From: Bigelowiella natans CCMP2755
Taxonomy: Eukaryota > Protista > Cercozoa
Reading direction: 5' to 3'
DNA length: 64,000 bases
Assembly (NCBI GenBank): GCA_000320545.1
Contig: ADNK01002143.1
Span: forward strand, 1 to 64,000
Below the pieces are notes generated by a model, which worked only from the letters and a program-made list of their open reading frames with translations, made no database searches and was not told the origin of the DNA. The translations under genes and the position numbers were made by a program. Shown one piece after another: positions 53,545 to 64,000 of this stretch; within the stretch, counting starts at the first letter, position 1, and the number at the start of each line of letters is the position of its first letter.

Positions 53545-54670
53545 AACAAAAAATCGACGAAGATCCAAGCTCGCAAAGTTGAACATGACTTTTTTGATTG
53601 AAAACATCGTTCCTTCGACGCGTGCCTCCGAACATTCTGATTGCGAAGGTTCTGATGATGGCACTCTGTTGGCAGCACCGATTCGACAAAATTGCCATGG
53701 GCATGATCGGTGCGACACACTTTCCTCGAAATTTATCGAACACAGCGGGTTCGAACAGCCGGAACGGAATCCAGTCCGCAGTGGCCTTTGGCCTTGGCAT
53801 CTGTTGATGGTCAACAAGCGAATCAGTGGCAGCATTGTTTTGGATGCAAAAATGTGCCAATGGCAGATGTCTCGGAGAGCCTCCAGAGACAACACCTGGC
53901 ACTTTGAACGTCCTGCACACGCGCTGCACCCAACACTGCCATGACCTCTGTTGCTTCCAAAATCACGAAAATTGCATGCGTCTTTTGACACAGAACTGCT
54001 TCATTCGTTCTTTCATTCACCATCGATTCAAGCCACTTTTCTTTCAAACACCTTGGTGGCTTGTTTCTCAGCTCTGGCCAGAGCGCTGCTTCACTGGTGC
54101 ACCCTTGCTGGCTTGTTGAGCCCGCTGCTCCAGTCCAGCTAGCCAGCAGTGAAACTGTGCCCCTTTTTTTTCTTGAGAAGCGTCCAACTTGTCGGTGGTG
54201 CTTGTGGCCCACCTTGGTTGGAACGTCGAAGTGAACACAAATCAACCAATCAACAAATTGATCAACTGAGCGAAGCTGCAACACGCTGGCACGCCCAGAT
54301 CGGTCTGGCAGTGGACGTCGGTGACCAGTCTGACGAGCGCATCACTGGACCATTGATTTGCATGGGGTGTGCTCATTCCACTAGCCAGATGGTGCACACA
54401 ACGATATACGCAGTCAGCGGTCGTTCTGGCGCAAACAAATCCATTTCATTGTTCTGGTGTCATCACTTGTGCATCATCACATGCTGGCATGCCACAAATT
54501 GTGCACTTTGTCAATGAAAACAGCAGCATGTCCGCGCGCAAATGCATGCATGCACATGCGCATTCATCTGCGATGCGATGCGGAGATGGATGGCTGATGG
54601 ATCAAGTGAATCATGATTCGCATGAGCACATTGAATTCACTTGGATCATCCTTGATCAAATTCAATTTTC
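53545..54670. other. TpA-depleted intergenic domain
   Basis: About 5 TA in ~1125 bp; none in 53736-54139. Overlapping near-Tyr-free ORFs run in nearly all frames. Confidence 0.9.
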
Positions 54671-54701
54671 TAGCAACCTGTGTCGACATCTAAGGCGGCT
54701 G

Positions 54702-57066
54702 TTACCCTTTTTCTACGTCATCATCTACTTTTGGCTGTAGCGATGTCACTGCGGAAATACTGCGTTTGATGTAAATGTGCTCTTTTTCACTTTCTTTTAC
54801 TTCCATAGCCGCTTGCCACCTTAGTGCTGCGTTTGATTGAAGACTTTCACTTGGGTTCGACCTACAAAAGTCTATCATGGCCTGTTTTTGAGCTGCCGAA
54901 ATTGCTCTTCTTCCATTAACATGGCCAACACATCGTTCTTGTTTATCGTCCAATAACCAGCACCCCCACTCATACACACGCTGAAAGCCTCTACTTCTTA
55001 TATCTGCAATTTGAGCCTGGCCAAACTTGTCTTCGATGAACCCACCACGAGATACTAGCTTCCTTGCTGGATCGAACACAAAACTACGATACCATTCGGT
55101 CTTGCAGATATGTGTTGAGTCGAGCCATTGAACCAAAGGTGTCAGTGGCACATCGGCAACAACCAATTGCTGAATCTGCGAAGGAATTTGAACCTTATGC
55201 TTGCCTTTATTCAACAAGTCTCCCAGTTTCTTCAAATATCCGAGAGTGCTAGTATTTTGCAAAAGAATATAATTGACACTTTTCTCAAAAGCAAGTGCTT
55301 TGATAGCACCTAATAAATTAAACTCTCGCATAAATACACGATCGTGCTGAAGTACCAAGACGAAAGGAGTGGACACCTGTCTTAAACCTTCTCTCACAGC
55401 AAAACCAAATCCATGCCGCGAACTCAGCTGGATGATTTTCGAATTCTCCCAAACTCCCATATTAGCTTTAGAGAGCTGCTCCAAACGATTCTTATAACCC
55501 TCATACGCTTTGGACATATCGTCAGTGACTCTACCTCTTCTGTAATTGTTTGTTTCGGTAACTTTGGCACCATCGCATACAACTATCATTGGGGCTTTGA
55601 TGAGAGGCGGCGCATACTGTATGAGAGAAGTCAATGTGACCTCTATCAGAGAGGTAGACGGGCATGAAGGAACTGGGGAAGTAGTGACTAGAACTGTAAT
55701 TAAATCCTTTATGTCATCTAACGACTTTGGTGTCCTCATCTCCTGGATAGGGATTTCCTGAGAGGACACGTTCGTACCACTCGATTTCATCTCTGACTGA
55801 TCCTTGTTTGCTGCACCTTTCTGCTGCACCTTTTTACCATCAAGACCCATATTAAATATCTGTAGTCTCATTTCTTCATCGAATTGGATCTTCGGGTTTG
55901 ACGATGCGTATACTTCCAAGATCTTTTGGATATTGCGTCCAATTTCATTGCTAGTATCAAGCAAGGCACTTACAGAGTTCTTTTCCTTCTCCGTGAGACT
56001 TATATCATCCCAGCAGCGACCAATAAGCTTTAGCTGTAGGGTGGTGGACTCAAAGTACTTGATGTCAAACTTTGAATGTATCGTCGATTCAAGGTGGCCT
56101 GGAGGCATGCGGAACGTACAAGGTTTTCGTGAAAGGAGAAAATTACTTTTTAGTTTTATCAATCTAGGCAGAACTCGATCAAGAGGACGAATTTCTGGTT
56201 TACCCCGTCTTCTCTCCCAGAAAAGCTTCCCAGGGTCATCATTCAAAATTTTCACCAAGTATTTGAATGCTTCTTGGGATATCTTGTAAGCGAACATTCC
56301 CCACACCACGTCGACCAGCTTCCCGTTCTTGACAGGTTGTGGAGCTATCATTGTATACTTTCCTTTACGATATTCATCAGGCAAAGCCTTGCTCCTCAAT
56401 TCAGTAATCCTCTTCTGCTCCTCAAGGCTCTTGCAATCCGCCTTGATATCCTCACAACATACAGTTGATGAGAGATTCGAAAGACCATGAAGGTGAGCTA
56501 GCGTGTCGTGATAAATCATGTAACCAAAGTATACTAAGTCCTCTTTCTGGTATTCCTCTAGAATGTCTCGAATTATTTGAGGAGCATCGTTGCAGAACCT
56601 GATATTGTCTTCAACAATGAGATCATAGCCTTCATCAATTGCAACAGCCATAGCCCTCAGATGGGCAATAGCTGCCCCAAGAACCCTTCCATCACTATCT
56701 CTCAGCTTCTTCGCGCGCTTTTTAAATTCTGAGGCGTCGATGCCAGCCCGGTCACATGCATCCCCGCCATCTTTATTCCAACCCTTTCCCCTTCGAATCA
56801 GCGACGCTCCGTTGACGCCTCCTACGAATCCAAGCTCAATTTCCTGAAGATGAAACAACCCTAGTCTTCATGTTGGCAGATTCGATTCAATGTGGTTTGC
56901 ACTAGGCTGGCGTAAGTAGATTGTAACGTGAAAATGAGCTGCTCTAGATGGCTACCTCCTTGAAATTGGATTGAATCAACTGTTCCAGAACCTCCTTTCT
57001 TTCGCCACCCATTGTGACAACGAGGATGCGCAGCTTCCGCTTCCTAGTTTCTTTCTCCTCATGCAT
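54702..57066 (-). CDS. Two-domain putative glycosyltransferase (GT25-like + GT-A/GT2-like)
   Basis: Exon 1 MHEEKETRKRKLRILVVTMGGERKE. N-domain FVGGVNG, VLGAAIAHLRAM, LIVEDN, WGMFAYKIS, PLD. C-domain VLVTTSPVPSCPST, IVVCDG, GFGFAVREGLRQVSTPFVLVLQHD. One intron plus a ~2.15-kb exon. Confidence 0.75.
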
Positions 57067-59595
57067 TTCGTTCTGCTAAAATAGTTATAGGAGGAAGTAT
57101 TGGTCCAAATTTAGTACACGAAATGGTTCTTATTGCAAGCCGAAGGAAATAGAAGAGGAAACCAGGGAGACATTAAGAACCCCCTCGGCGAGGCTGTATA
57201 AAGTCGAACGTACTCGAAGAGAGAGAGAGTGAGTACTCGTCTGTTCTTTTTGTTGTCTATACGGAAGGAAGTTAGGAACTTATGTAGGACGCTTCGATAG
57301 GAAGGTACTAATGATCAGACAGCCATTGCATCGCAGCGGGAGGGAGGGGGTGTGTCCATAGATTATTGCAACACTCCGCAACAACAACAACAACAACAAC
57401 AACAACAAGTCAAGGGCGCGAACAGAATAACTAACTATGAAAATCACTTCGGTGTAACAACATAGCTGGGAAGTCAAGGGCGCGAAAAGAATAACTAACT
57501 AACTAACAACAACCAGCAGCTGCAGCCTATTTTGTACATATCGCATATGGCATATTTCTGACTACAACTCGAATACTTAAACAACACTCCGCAACAACTA
57601 ACTAGCACTAACAAGGATGTTATTCGTAAATACATGTAATAATAACACTACTACCACAGATCATTCCAGCCACACAGACAGCCAGACCACGTAACAACCA
57701 CGTGGAGGGAGGGAACGGAGGACACACACACACCACCACCACCACCACCAGTAGCACCAGCAGTTAAACAGGCAGCCGGTGCACTATGATGATGATACGA
57801 AAGCTTGCAAGATGTCGTCAGCCCTGCCTGGTATTATCTTCGTTTACCTTTTGTACATATTCGTGGTCTGTACCAACTGGGTTGTTTGTGTAAGAGGGAG
57901 GCAGATAACTAACGCAACAAAACTTTCCTTAGAGAAGATCTCTAATGTCCAAGCTACACGTTGCACGGAGAAGATCTTTCATGTCAAAGCCATGGTATGT
58001 TCCTGACTCGGTTGAAGTGGAAGAGAGTAAAGGCGTGACTCCTATTACACTTTACTCAAATTTGAAGCCATGGCGAACTAGGGTCACGGCAGCTTTCACG
58101 ACTGGAAATTTCTTCTTCTTCGCATGGTTTATGGAAGCAACGAACACACCTGGCCATTTCATAGAAGAAATACCGGTTGCGAAATTTTGAGACTTGCCAC
58201 ATAGCATGATTTTAAAAGTATTGTGTTTTAGTACTGTGGATTCCTCGGCTTTTTCGGTGTCGCTGGAAGCGCGGTCATGCTTGCCGCAAATATGAGAGCA
58301 CGGACGAACAACATAGTGATGGTATAATTTTCATAACTGCATTGTATATTCTTGAAAGTTCTCACATATTTCTATGTTTATTGATTTTTCATTCTCGTTG
58401 GTCAGATAAAATTACACGAGGACCAACAAATTCTAGAATTCTTCTGGCATACTATTCTCGGGGGCACTGTTAGCAAGCTCTGCCCGACGTATGCACTTAA
58501 GATATCTGCATATACCCCTCAGAATAGGGATTCCGAGATGATTTTCTTTCAAGTTCCTTTCCAGAAAGGTAATTTTGCGATAAGCCGAAGGGGAGAATTC
58601 AAAGATGAAGAAAAATTGATGGAAATATTTGGGAAAGGAATGACCCCATATGATGTTTGATTTCGGATTGAAAACATTCGAAACAGCGACACAGGAACAT
58701 AACACACGCAGCAAATATGTGCAGGTCCATTGCATGTATTTGTAATCAGCTTCAAAAAGTGTAAAGCTGAAGAGCACATATACTTGTTACGTTTGGCTTT
58801 AGCATGAGAGACTAATAACAATTGAAGACATGCTCTGTTGGAGACGATGTAACGATGTGATTGAACAAGCTTGTCAGATTCTGCCTATCTAGCTGTCGAT
58901 CATTGCATTGTTTTCATGTTGACACATCCTACGCATGCGTACACACATGCGATCTAGCTTATTCACTGAACTTTCACCTGATGTTTCAATGAGACACGCG
59001 CGTGCGCAATGAAATGAAAGGTTTTGCATCTGGTTCCTCAAACACTGACATTGTCCGTGTCTGTGCACACAGCCATGCATGTTTGCATGTGCCGTCGTTA
59101 CATCGTCCCCATCATCGCACATTACGGCACGCATTACGCAGCAGGGCCAGAGACACCACATTTTTCTTCTTCTTCGATCGTCTTTCATCTTTGAAGAAGG
59201 AGGACTTACACGACATTGGCGATGCTACAAGCAGGTCGCATCACCAAGGTGTGCTAGCAAGGCAACTGAGCAACACTACGCAATCCATCTATGCCACCGC
59301 AAAGTTCATCACACAATGCACCGTAGCAAAGTGAAGCATCGCATCGCAATGACATGATGTCACTTGTTGTGGTGCAATCACACAGGCATCGGCTTGCGCT
59401 GCGGCGCCCATGCATTCACATGCGCATGCACGCATGCATGTGTAGTGTTGGGGTGCTGTTTGAAAGGTTTGGTCATGTCAGTACATCTGTCTCTCAGCGC
59501 GTGATGAACGTTGCAGACGATGTAGCTAGCGCTATGCTTGTTCTGGTACACGTGCCCACGCTTCGATACTCACTGACGAGGATGCTTCCTGTCTG

Positions 59596-60658
59596 TCATT
59601 GTGGGCTCATCATGTGCCCCCCGTCGCAGTCTAGCACGAGGCCCGTGACAAAGGTGTTGGTCATCAGAAAAAACACTGCGTGCGCCTGTTCTTCGGCTAG
59701 AGAATTACGCTGCAGGGGCACCCTCGCGGCAGTCTTCGCTTGATGTTGCTTCGCCCAATGATCGAGAGTACCCACAGACCGGGGTTAGCGTCATTCCAGG
59801 ACTCAGGCAATTAATTCGGACTTACATTTTCGCCCGTCAAACCCTTGGTCGCAGGCCATAGTCTTCACTGCCGTCTCGATAGCCGCGTTCGCGATGGCGA
59901 GGGCGTCATTTCCCTTGCCGGGGCGACGTGATGAAACGCCAGAGGTCATCACGATGCTCCCACCTTCCTTGATCTTCGTCCCGATCGCAAGCACAGGTGC
60001 AAGCTGAGCATAAAATTTGAAGTTCATTTGGCGACGGACGTCGTCGCACGTTCGATTGTTCTTTATCAAGTCTCCACACTTGGCGCTTCCCCTGGGAGTA
60101 GCAACAAGGTGATCGATGCTGCCTCCAGGCAAATCCGCAAAGAAACTCCATTTTGAGACGGCCGGATGTACAGATCAAGCAAATGATATAAGGTTATCAA
60201 TCAGTGTCATGGAATGGAAACTATCGATGTTGATTTTACCTTCTTACTGCTTTCTCATCGAAAGCGTCTGAAGAGGTGGCAAACACCTTGACCGAGTTCC
60301 CAGCGGCTTCAATTGCGGCCTTGGCCTTGGCGAGTTTCTCTGGGTTCCGTGCGACAATGTGGATTCGTGCTGCACCCTGCTGCGCGGTGCCAATAGCTAC
60401 GGCCTTACCGATTCCCGAGCTTCCACCAAAAACTACGAGGCTGGTACCCTCGATTTTCGCCGGGCCACATTTGGCAGGTTGTGCGGTGGTGAGAGGCCTT
60501 TTTCCTGCCTTCGCTTCTGCTATCTGCCTAAAGCTGTGGCTATGACTTGTGTACAAAGATGCGCAGAGCACCGCGGGTCCTAATACCCCCAAAGCTCTCC
60601 TCGCTCGCAAGAAACCTCGGATGTTAAAGCGACGGGTGTAGCGCTTGATTCTGAACAT
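59596..60658 (-). pseudogene. Short-chain dehydrogenase/reductase with two frameshifts in the C-terminal third
   Basis: VFGGSSGIG Rossmann motif and GSIVMTSGVSSRRP. VRINCLSPGMTLTP follows in a different frame (break at ~59821-59826), and AARVPLQR..AHAVFFLMTNTFVTGLVLDCDGG in another (extra base at ~59771-59773). Confidence 0.7.
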
Positions 60659-61002
60659 TGGGGTTACCGGATTCTGAACTGAGAATCTTTCTCCTGGATG
60701 TTGATGATGATTTCGGATTAAGGTGCAAAAACAGTTCAGTCGCACTTGAAAAGTGTCCTGTGTTTGCATCATTGTATGGGTTTGAATAGTTTGAATCAAA
60801 TTCTCCTACTGTACGAGTACCGGTACTCGTAGGTTTGCACAAAACCAATTGATAGGATGCCATTTTACATCTACGTCTTCACAAACAATGAAAAGGAGAA
60901 ATGTCCTAAATTTATCATCATCCGACATGAGGTTGTCGGTTGTCGTAGTACTGTAATAGGTCCGTGGTAGCAGATCCCTTTACGCACACGACAACACGCA
61001 AG

Positions 61003-61263
61003 ATGAGTGCGGCGCAAGAGATGGGGGCAGCCCCCTCAACCTCCGAAACTACCACAACAACTACCACCACTACTACTACAAACACAGAAACTCCAACACC
61101 TGTGGCAGGACCTACTCCCCAGCCATCAGACACTAATGAGACAAAGATTGACGTGACAACAACCACCACCTCATCGGGTTAGCAGCGATTTATAGAAAGA
61201 AAGAAGCTGCCATTGTTTAGTTTTTCTTGCCAAGAGATTATTCAACATGCCCATGTCATAATC

Positions 61264-61319
<56 letters not shown>

Positions 61320-62391
61320 CATATACAATGTTTAGGTGCAGAAGGTGATGAAAAAAAGGAACAGGGCGAGGGAGGAAGTGGAGAAGGCGTAAGCGGAAAC
61401 AACGATTTCATTTTTATTATGAGAATCTCTTGTGAACTCCAGACTTGCGGGAATATCATTGGCAAGGTCAGATAAAGACCCAAAATTCATCTCTGAGAAT
61501 ACTTTAAAGAAAGAAAGAAACATCTATGCTTTAGTATCATTTCCTTGTATTTTATATTGAGTTGTCCACCATGTTCATTTAGGGAGGGGATAAGATTAGA
61601 AAGATGACGGAAGAGAGTGGAGCATCCATTAGTTTATCGGACTACATTAAAGGGGCGACGCACCGTATCGCATCCATACGTGGCACCAGAGCTGCGGGTA
61701 AATATATTATATATGTATTATATATATATAATTTGGTGTCAAAACCATCAGTATTTCTTCCTCTTCATCTTCATCATCTTCTCCTTCCTCTAATCGAGAT
61801 TGTGTTGCATGTATGTATTCAATCATCATAATTTAGTAATTATGGCAACAAAATCCGTTGGTCGCGCTCTGAACGAACCGAAGCTTGTTGGCAATGAAGT
61901 TCCCACCCTTACTGAGCCCCTGAAGTACCTCGCCGTCGTTCTGGTCGTTCCAAAAGCGCACGGTAGAGAGGACAGCATCCTTTCTTAGAATCAAGTTTTT
62001 GAATATTTATCCTTTGTACTTAAATATGGCGTTTATTGCTACCAGTTGGCGGCATTATCGGAAAGCAAGGAGCAAAGATTAAGCAAACACGCATAGATTA
62101 TTCAGAATGCAAGATTCTCATCTCGGTAAATCGATATAACATTGACCTCCACCGCCCATTACTCTACTACTACTACTATTACTACTGTTTCACCACTGCT
62201 ACTACGGTAAACAGATATTATCTATAACAATGATTTGTTGTTTTAACACAGGACAAGGCCATGATGGGCCCTGATAACACAGTCACGATTTCTGGACCAA
62301 CGGAAAAAGTGGAACAGCTTATTGAAATGTACGTCAAGAGGAGGAATGTGCAATTAAGAACATGTATGCCATACTGACGTATATTCACGAA

Positions 62392-62429
<38 letters not shown>

Positions 62430-63199
62430 TTAGGTTTGTGAATCAGATTGCAGATCATGTGTCTCCCGGGGCAGACTACCGACTCCCCCCTGAATGCGTT
62501 ACTACTTATTCTCCTCCAACACCATCACCTTACGGAGGAGGAGGGGGAGGAGGAGGCCCTCAGGGAGGAGGTTACAATCCCTACCAGCGAGGGGCACCTG
62601 TCACTGGCCCCTCTTTGTATCTCGGGCCTTCTATCGGTCTAACAGGCCAAATGAAGATTCTAGTCGAGTTTGATGCTAATGATGTCGGCACCATTATGGG
62701 TCGTAACGGCGATCGATTGAGAAGAATATCTATGGAAACAGGAGCATCGGTAACTTTACCTTCCACGTATGACACGTCTCCTACCCGCGTCGTAACGGTG
62801 GCAGGTCCCCCAAAGGGCGTGGCAGCGGCGTTACACTTCATTGCAGTACATATAGGGTTAACTCGTCCGCACAAGGGCACTGGTCCAATGTTTCTAACCC
62901 TCAAGATGGATCCGGGAGAGCTCGGAAGTGTTATTGGGAAGAGGGGCTCGAGAATAAACGCAATGCGTGATGAATCAGGAGCACGAATAGAAATCGATCC
63001 AAAGGGCGGAATTAGCATTGAAGGCCACTCCCCAAATCTTGCAGCTGGCTTGATGATGGTGCTCATGCAGCTTCATGAGCAGCGAGAGAAGTTCGGCGTG
63101 CCTCAGAACGTAGGTAAGCAAAGCTATCCACAAACCTCTGGAGGAGGAGGGGGGTATCAGCAGTACCAGCCACAATCTGGTCCTTACCAGCACATGTAA
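61003..63199 (+). CDS. KH-domain RNA-binding protein (4 KH domains; PCBP/hnRNP K-like)
   Basis: GxxG loops GNIIGK|GGDKI, GGIIGKQGAKI, GTIMGRNGDRL, GSVIGKRGSRI. Gly/Pro/Tyr-rich linker and tail; TAA at 63199. Confidence 0.9.
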
Positions 63200-63299
63200 T
63201 ATTATGTAGAGAACGCTCCTCATGCTATATTTTCATCATCGCTCTCCTGCTGCAGGTTTTTAGTCTACCATCACTGCTGTTGTTGACAGTGGATTAATA

Positions 63300-64000
63300 G
63301 GTCACAAATTGCTGGTGTCTCGATTTAACACTGCATGGGGTCATTCTGTAATACGCTAGCGCGAGTAAATGCAATGTTCCATTCGATCGCGCGCGTCGCT
63401 ACAAGTGCATTGCGATGCTAGCTAGCTAGCTCTAGTGCTCGTGCAAGCGCAGCAAGGGATGTGACGTGCTCCGCACACATGTGCACAACCTTTCGGACGC
63501 TGCCATTACAGCCATGCACACATCGCGCGCGCTTCATTCACTTTTGACGCTTCTATGTTGAAAGTGCTCAAACGTTCTTTTTTGACAGTTTTCTGACAAA
63601 ATGTTCATCGTTTACTTTTGTGAACTTTTCACCGTTGTTTTCACATGCGTTCGCAAGTGACAGTGTCACTCGTGTTGTTGCAACCTGGGTGAGATTGCCA
63701 ATACACGAGACACGACACAATGCTCGTTGCTGGTTATGAACGATGATGACAGCACTCTGTTTTGTTGAAAGAAAGTTTTGGGTTCGTGATTGTGAACATT
63801 GACCACTTCTAGACTTCAATTGACAACTCTCTCGTGTCCCCGTGACGCAAACGTTCCACCCATTCACCATGGAACGTTTTGATGTGAGATGCTGTGTCAT
63901 CTAGCTAGTCTAGTAGTCATTGAGGTTTCCAACGTGCAAACTTGAAACAATCACTTTTTTCTTCACCTGTTATGGTCACAGTGGCTGCGCGTGTGCTAAT
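63300..64000. other. Partly TpA-depleted, CTAG-rich spacer (runs off window)
   Basis: gctagctagctagctctag at ~63417, ctagctagtctag at ~63902, RY tracts, few other TA. Confidence 0.7.

Noticed and set aside
57780-58790. Complex, coding-like sequence with short ORFs on both strands
   Set aside because: Every frame is interrupted, with no consistent splice model or motif. Possibly a relic, but unsupported.

Overview
Gene-dense, intron-rich nuclear DNA of a eukaryotic alga. It is most likely a chlorarachniophyte (inference): the pyrophosphatase carries a signal peptide plus an Arg/Ser-rich transit-like leader with no ASAF motif. I reconstructed about 16 spliced genes by hand, so exon edges and some start codons are approximate. 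In order: Aha1_N protein (+, 5' end uncertain), hypothetical (-), FBXO9/Hrt3-like F-box (+), Cys-rich/TRP-like multi-TM/WW protein (-), 6x CCHC zinc-knuckle protein (+), two head-to-head cyclic-nucleotide phosphodiesterases (-/+), AP-5 mu (+), adenylate kinase (-), GID8/TWA1 (+), CCT protein (-), plastid-targeted soluble PPase (-), Dispatched/Patched-type RND protein with a 25-nt frameshifting duplication (-), GT25-like+GT-A fusion (-), a doubly frameshifted SDR (-) and a 4-KH RNA-binding protein (+). I saw no rRNA, tRNA, CRISPR or recognisable transposase/RT. The most striking non-genic signal is a sharply bounded sequence-conversion landscape. Spacers downstream of gene 3' ends are almost devoid of TpA (runs of 400-560 bp with none), rich in TpG/CpA, and full of AT-microsatellite 'fossils' rewritten TA->TG/CA. 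The surviving TpA is mostly CTAG, which is itself strongly enriched. Introns and divergent promoters next door stay TpA-rich. This looks like a targeted 'inverse-RIP' A->G hypermutation of non-transcribed DNA.
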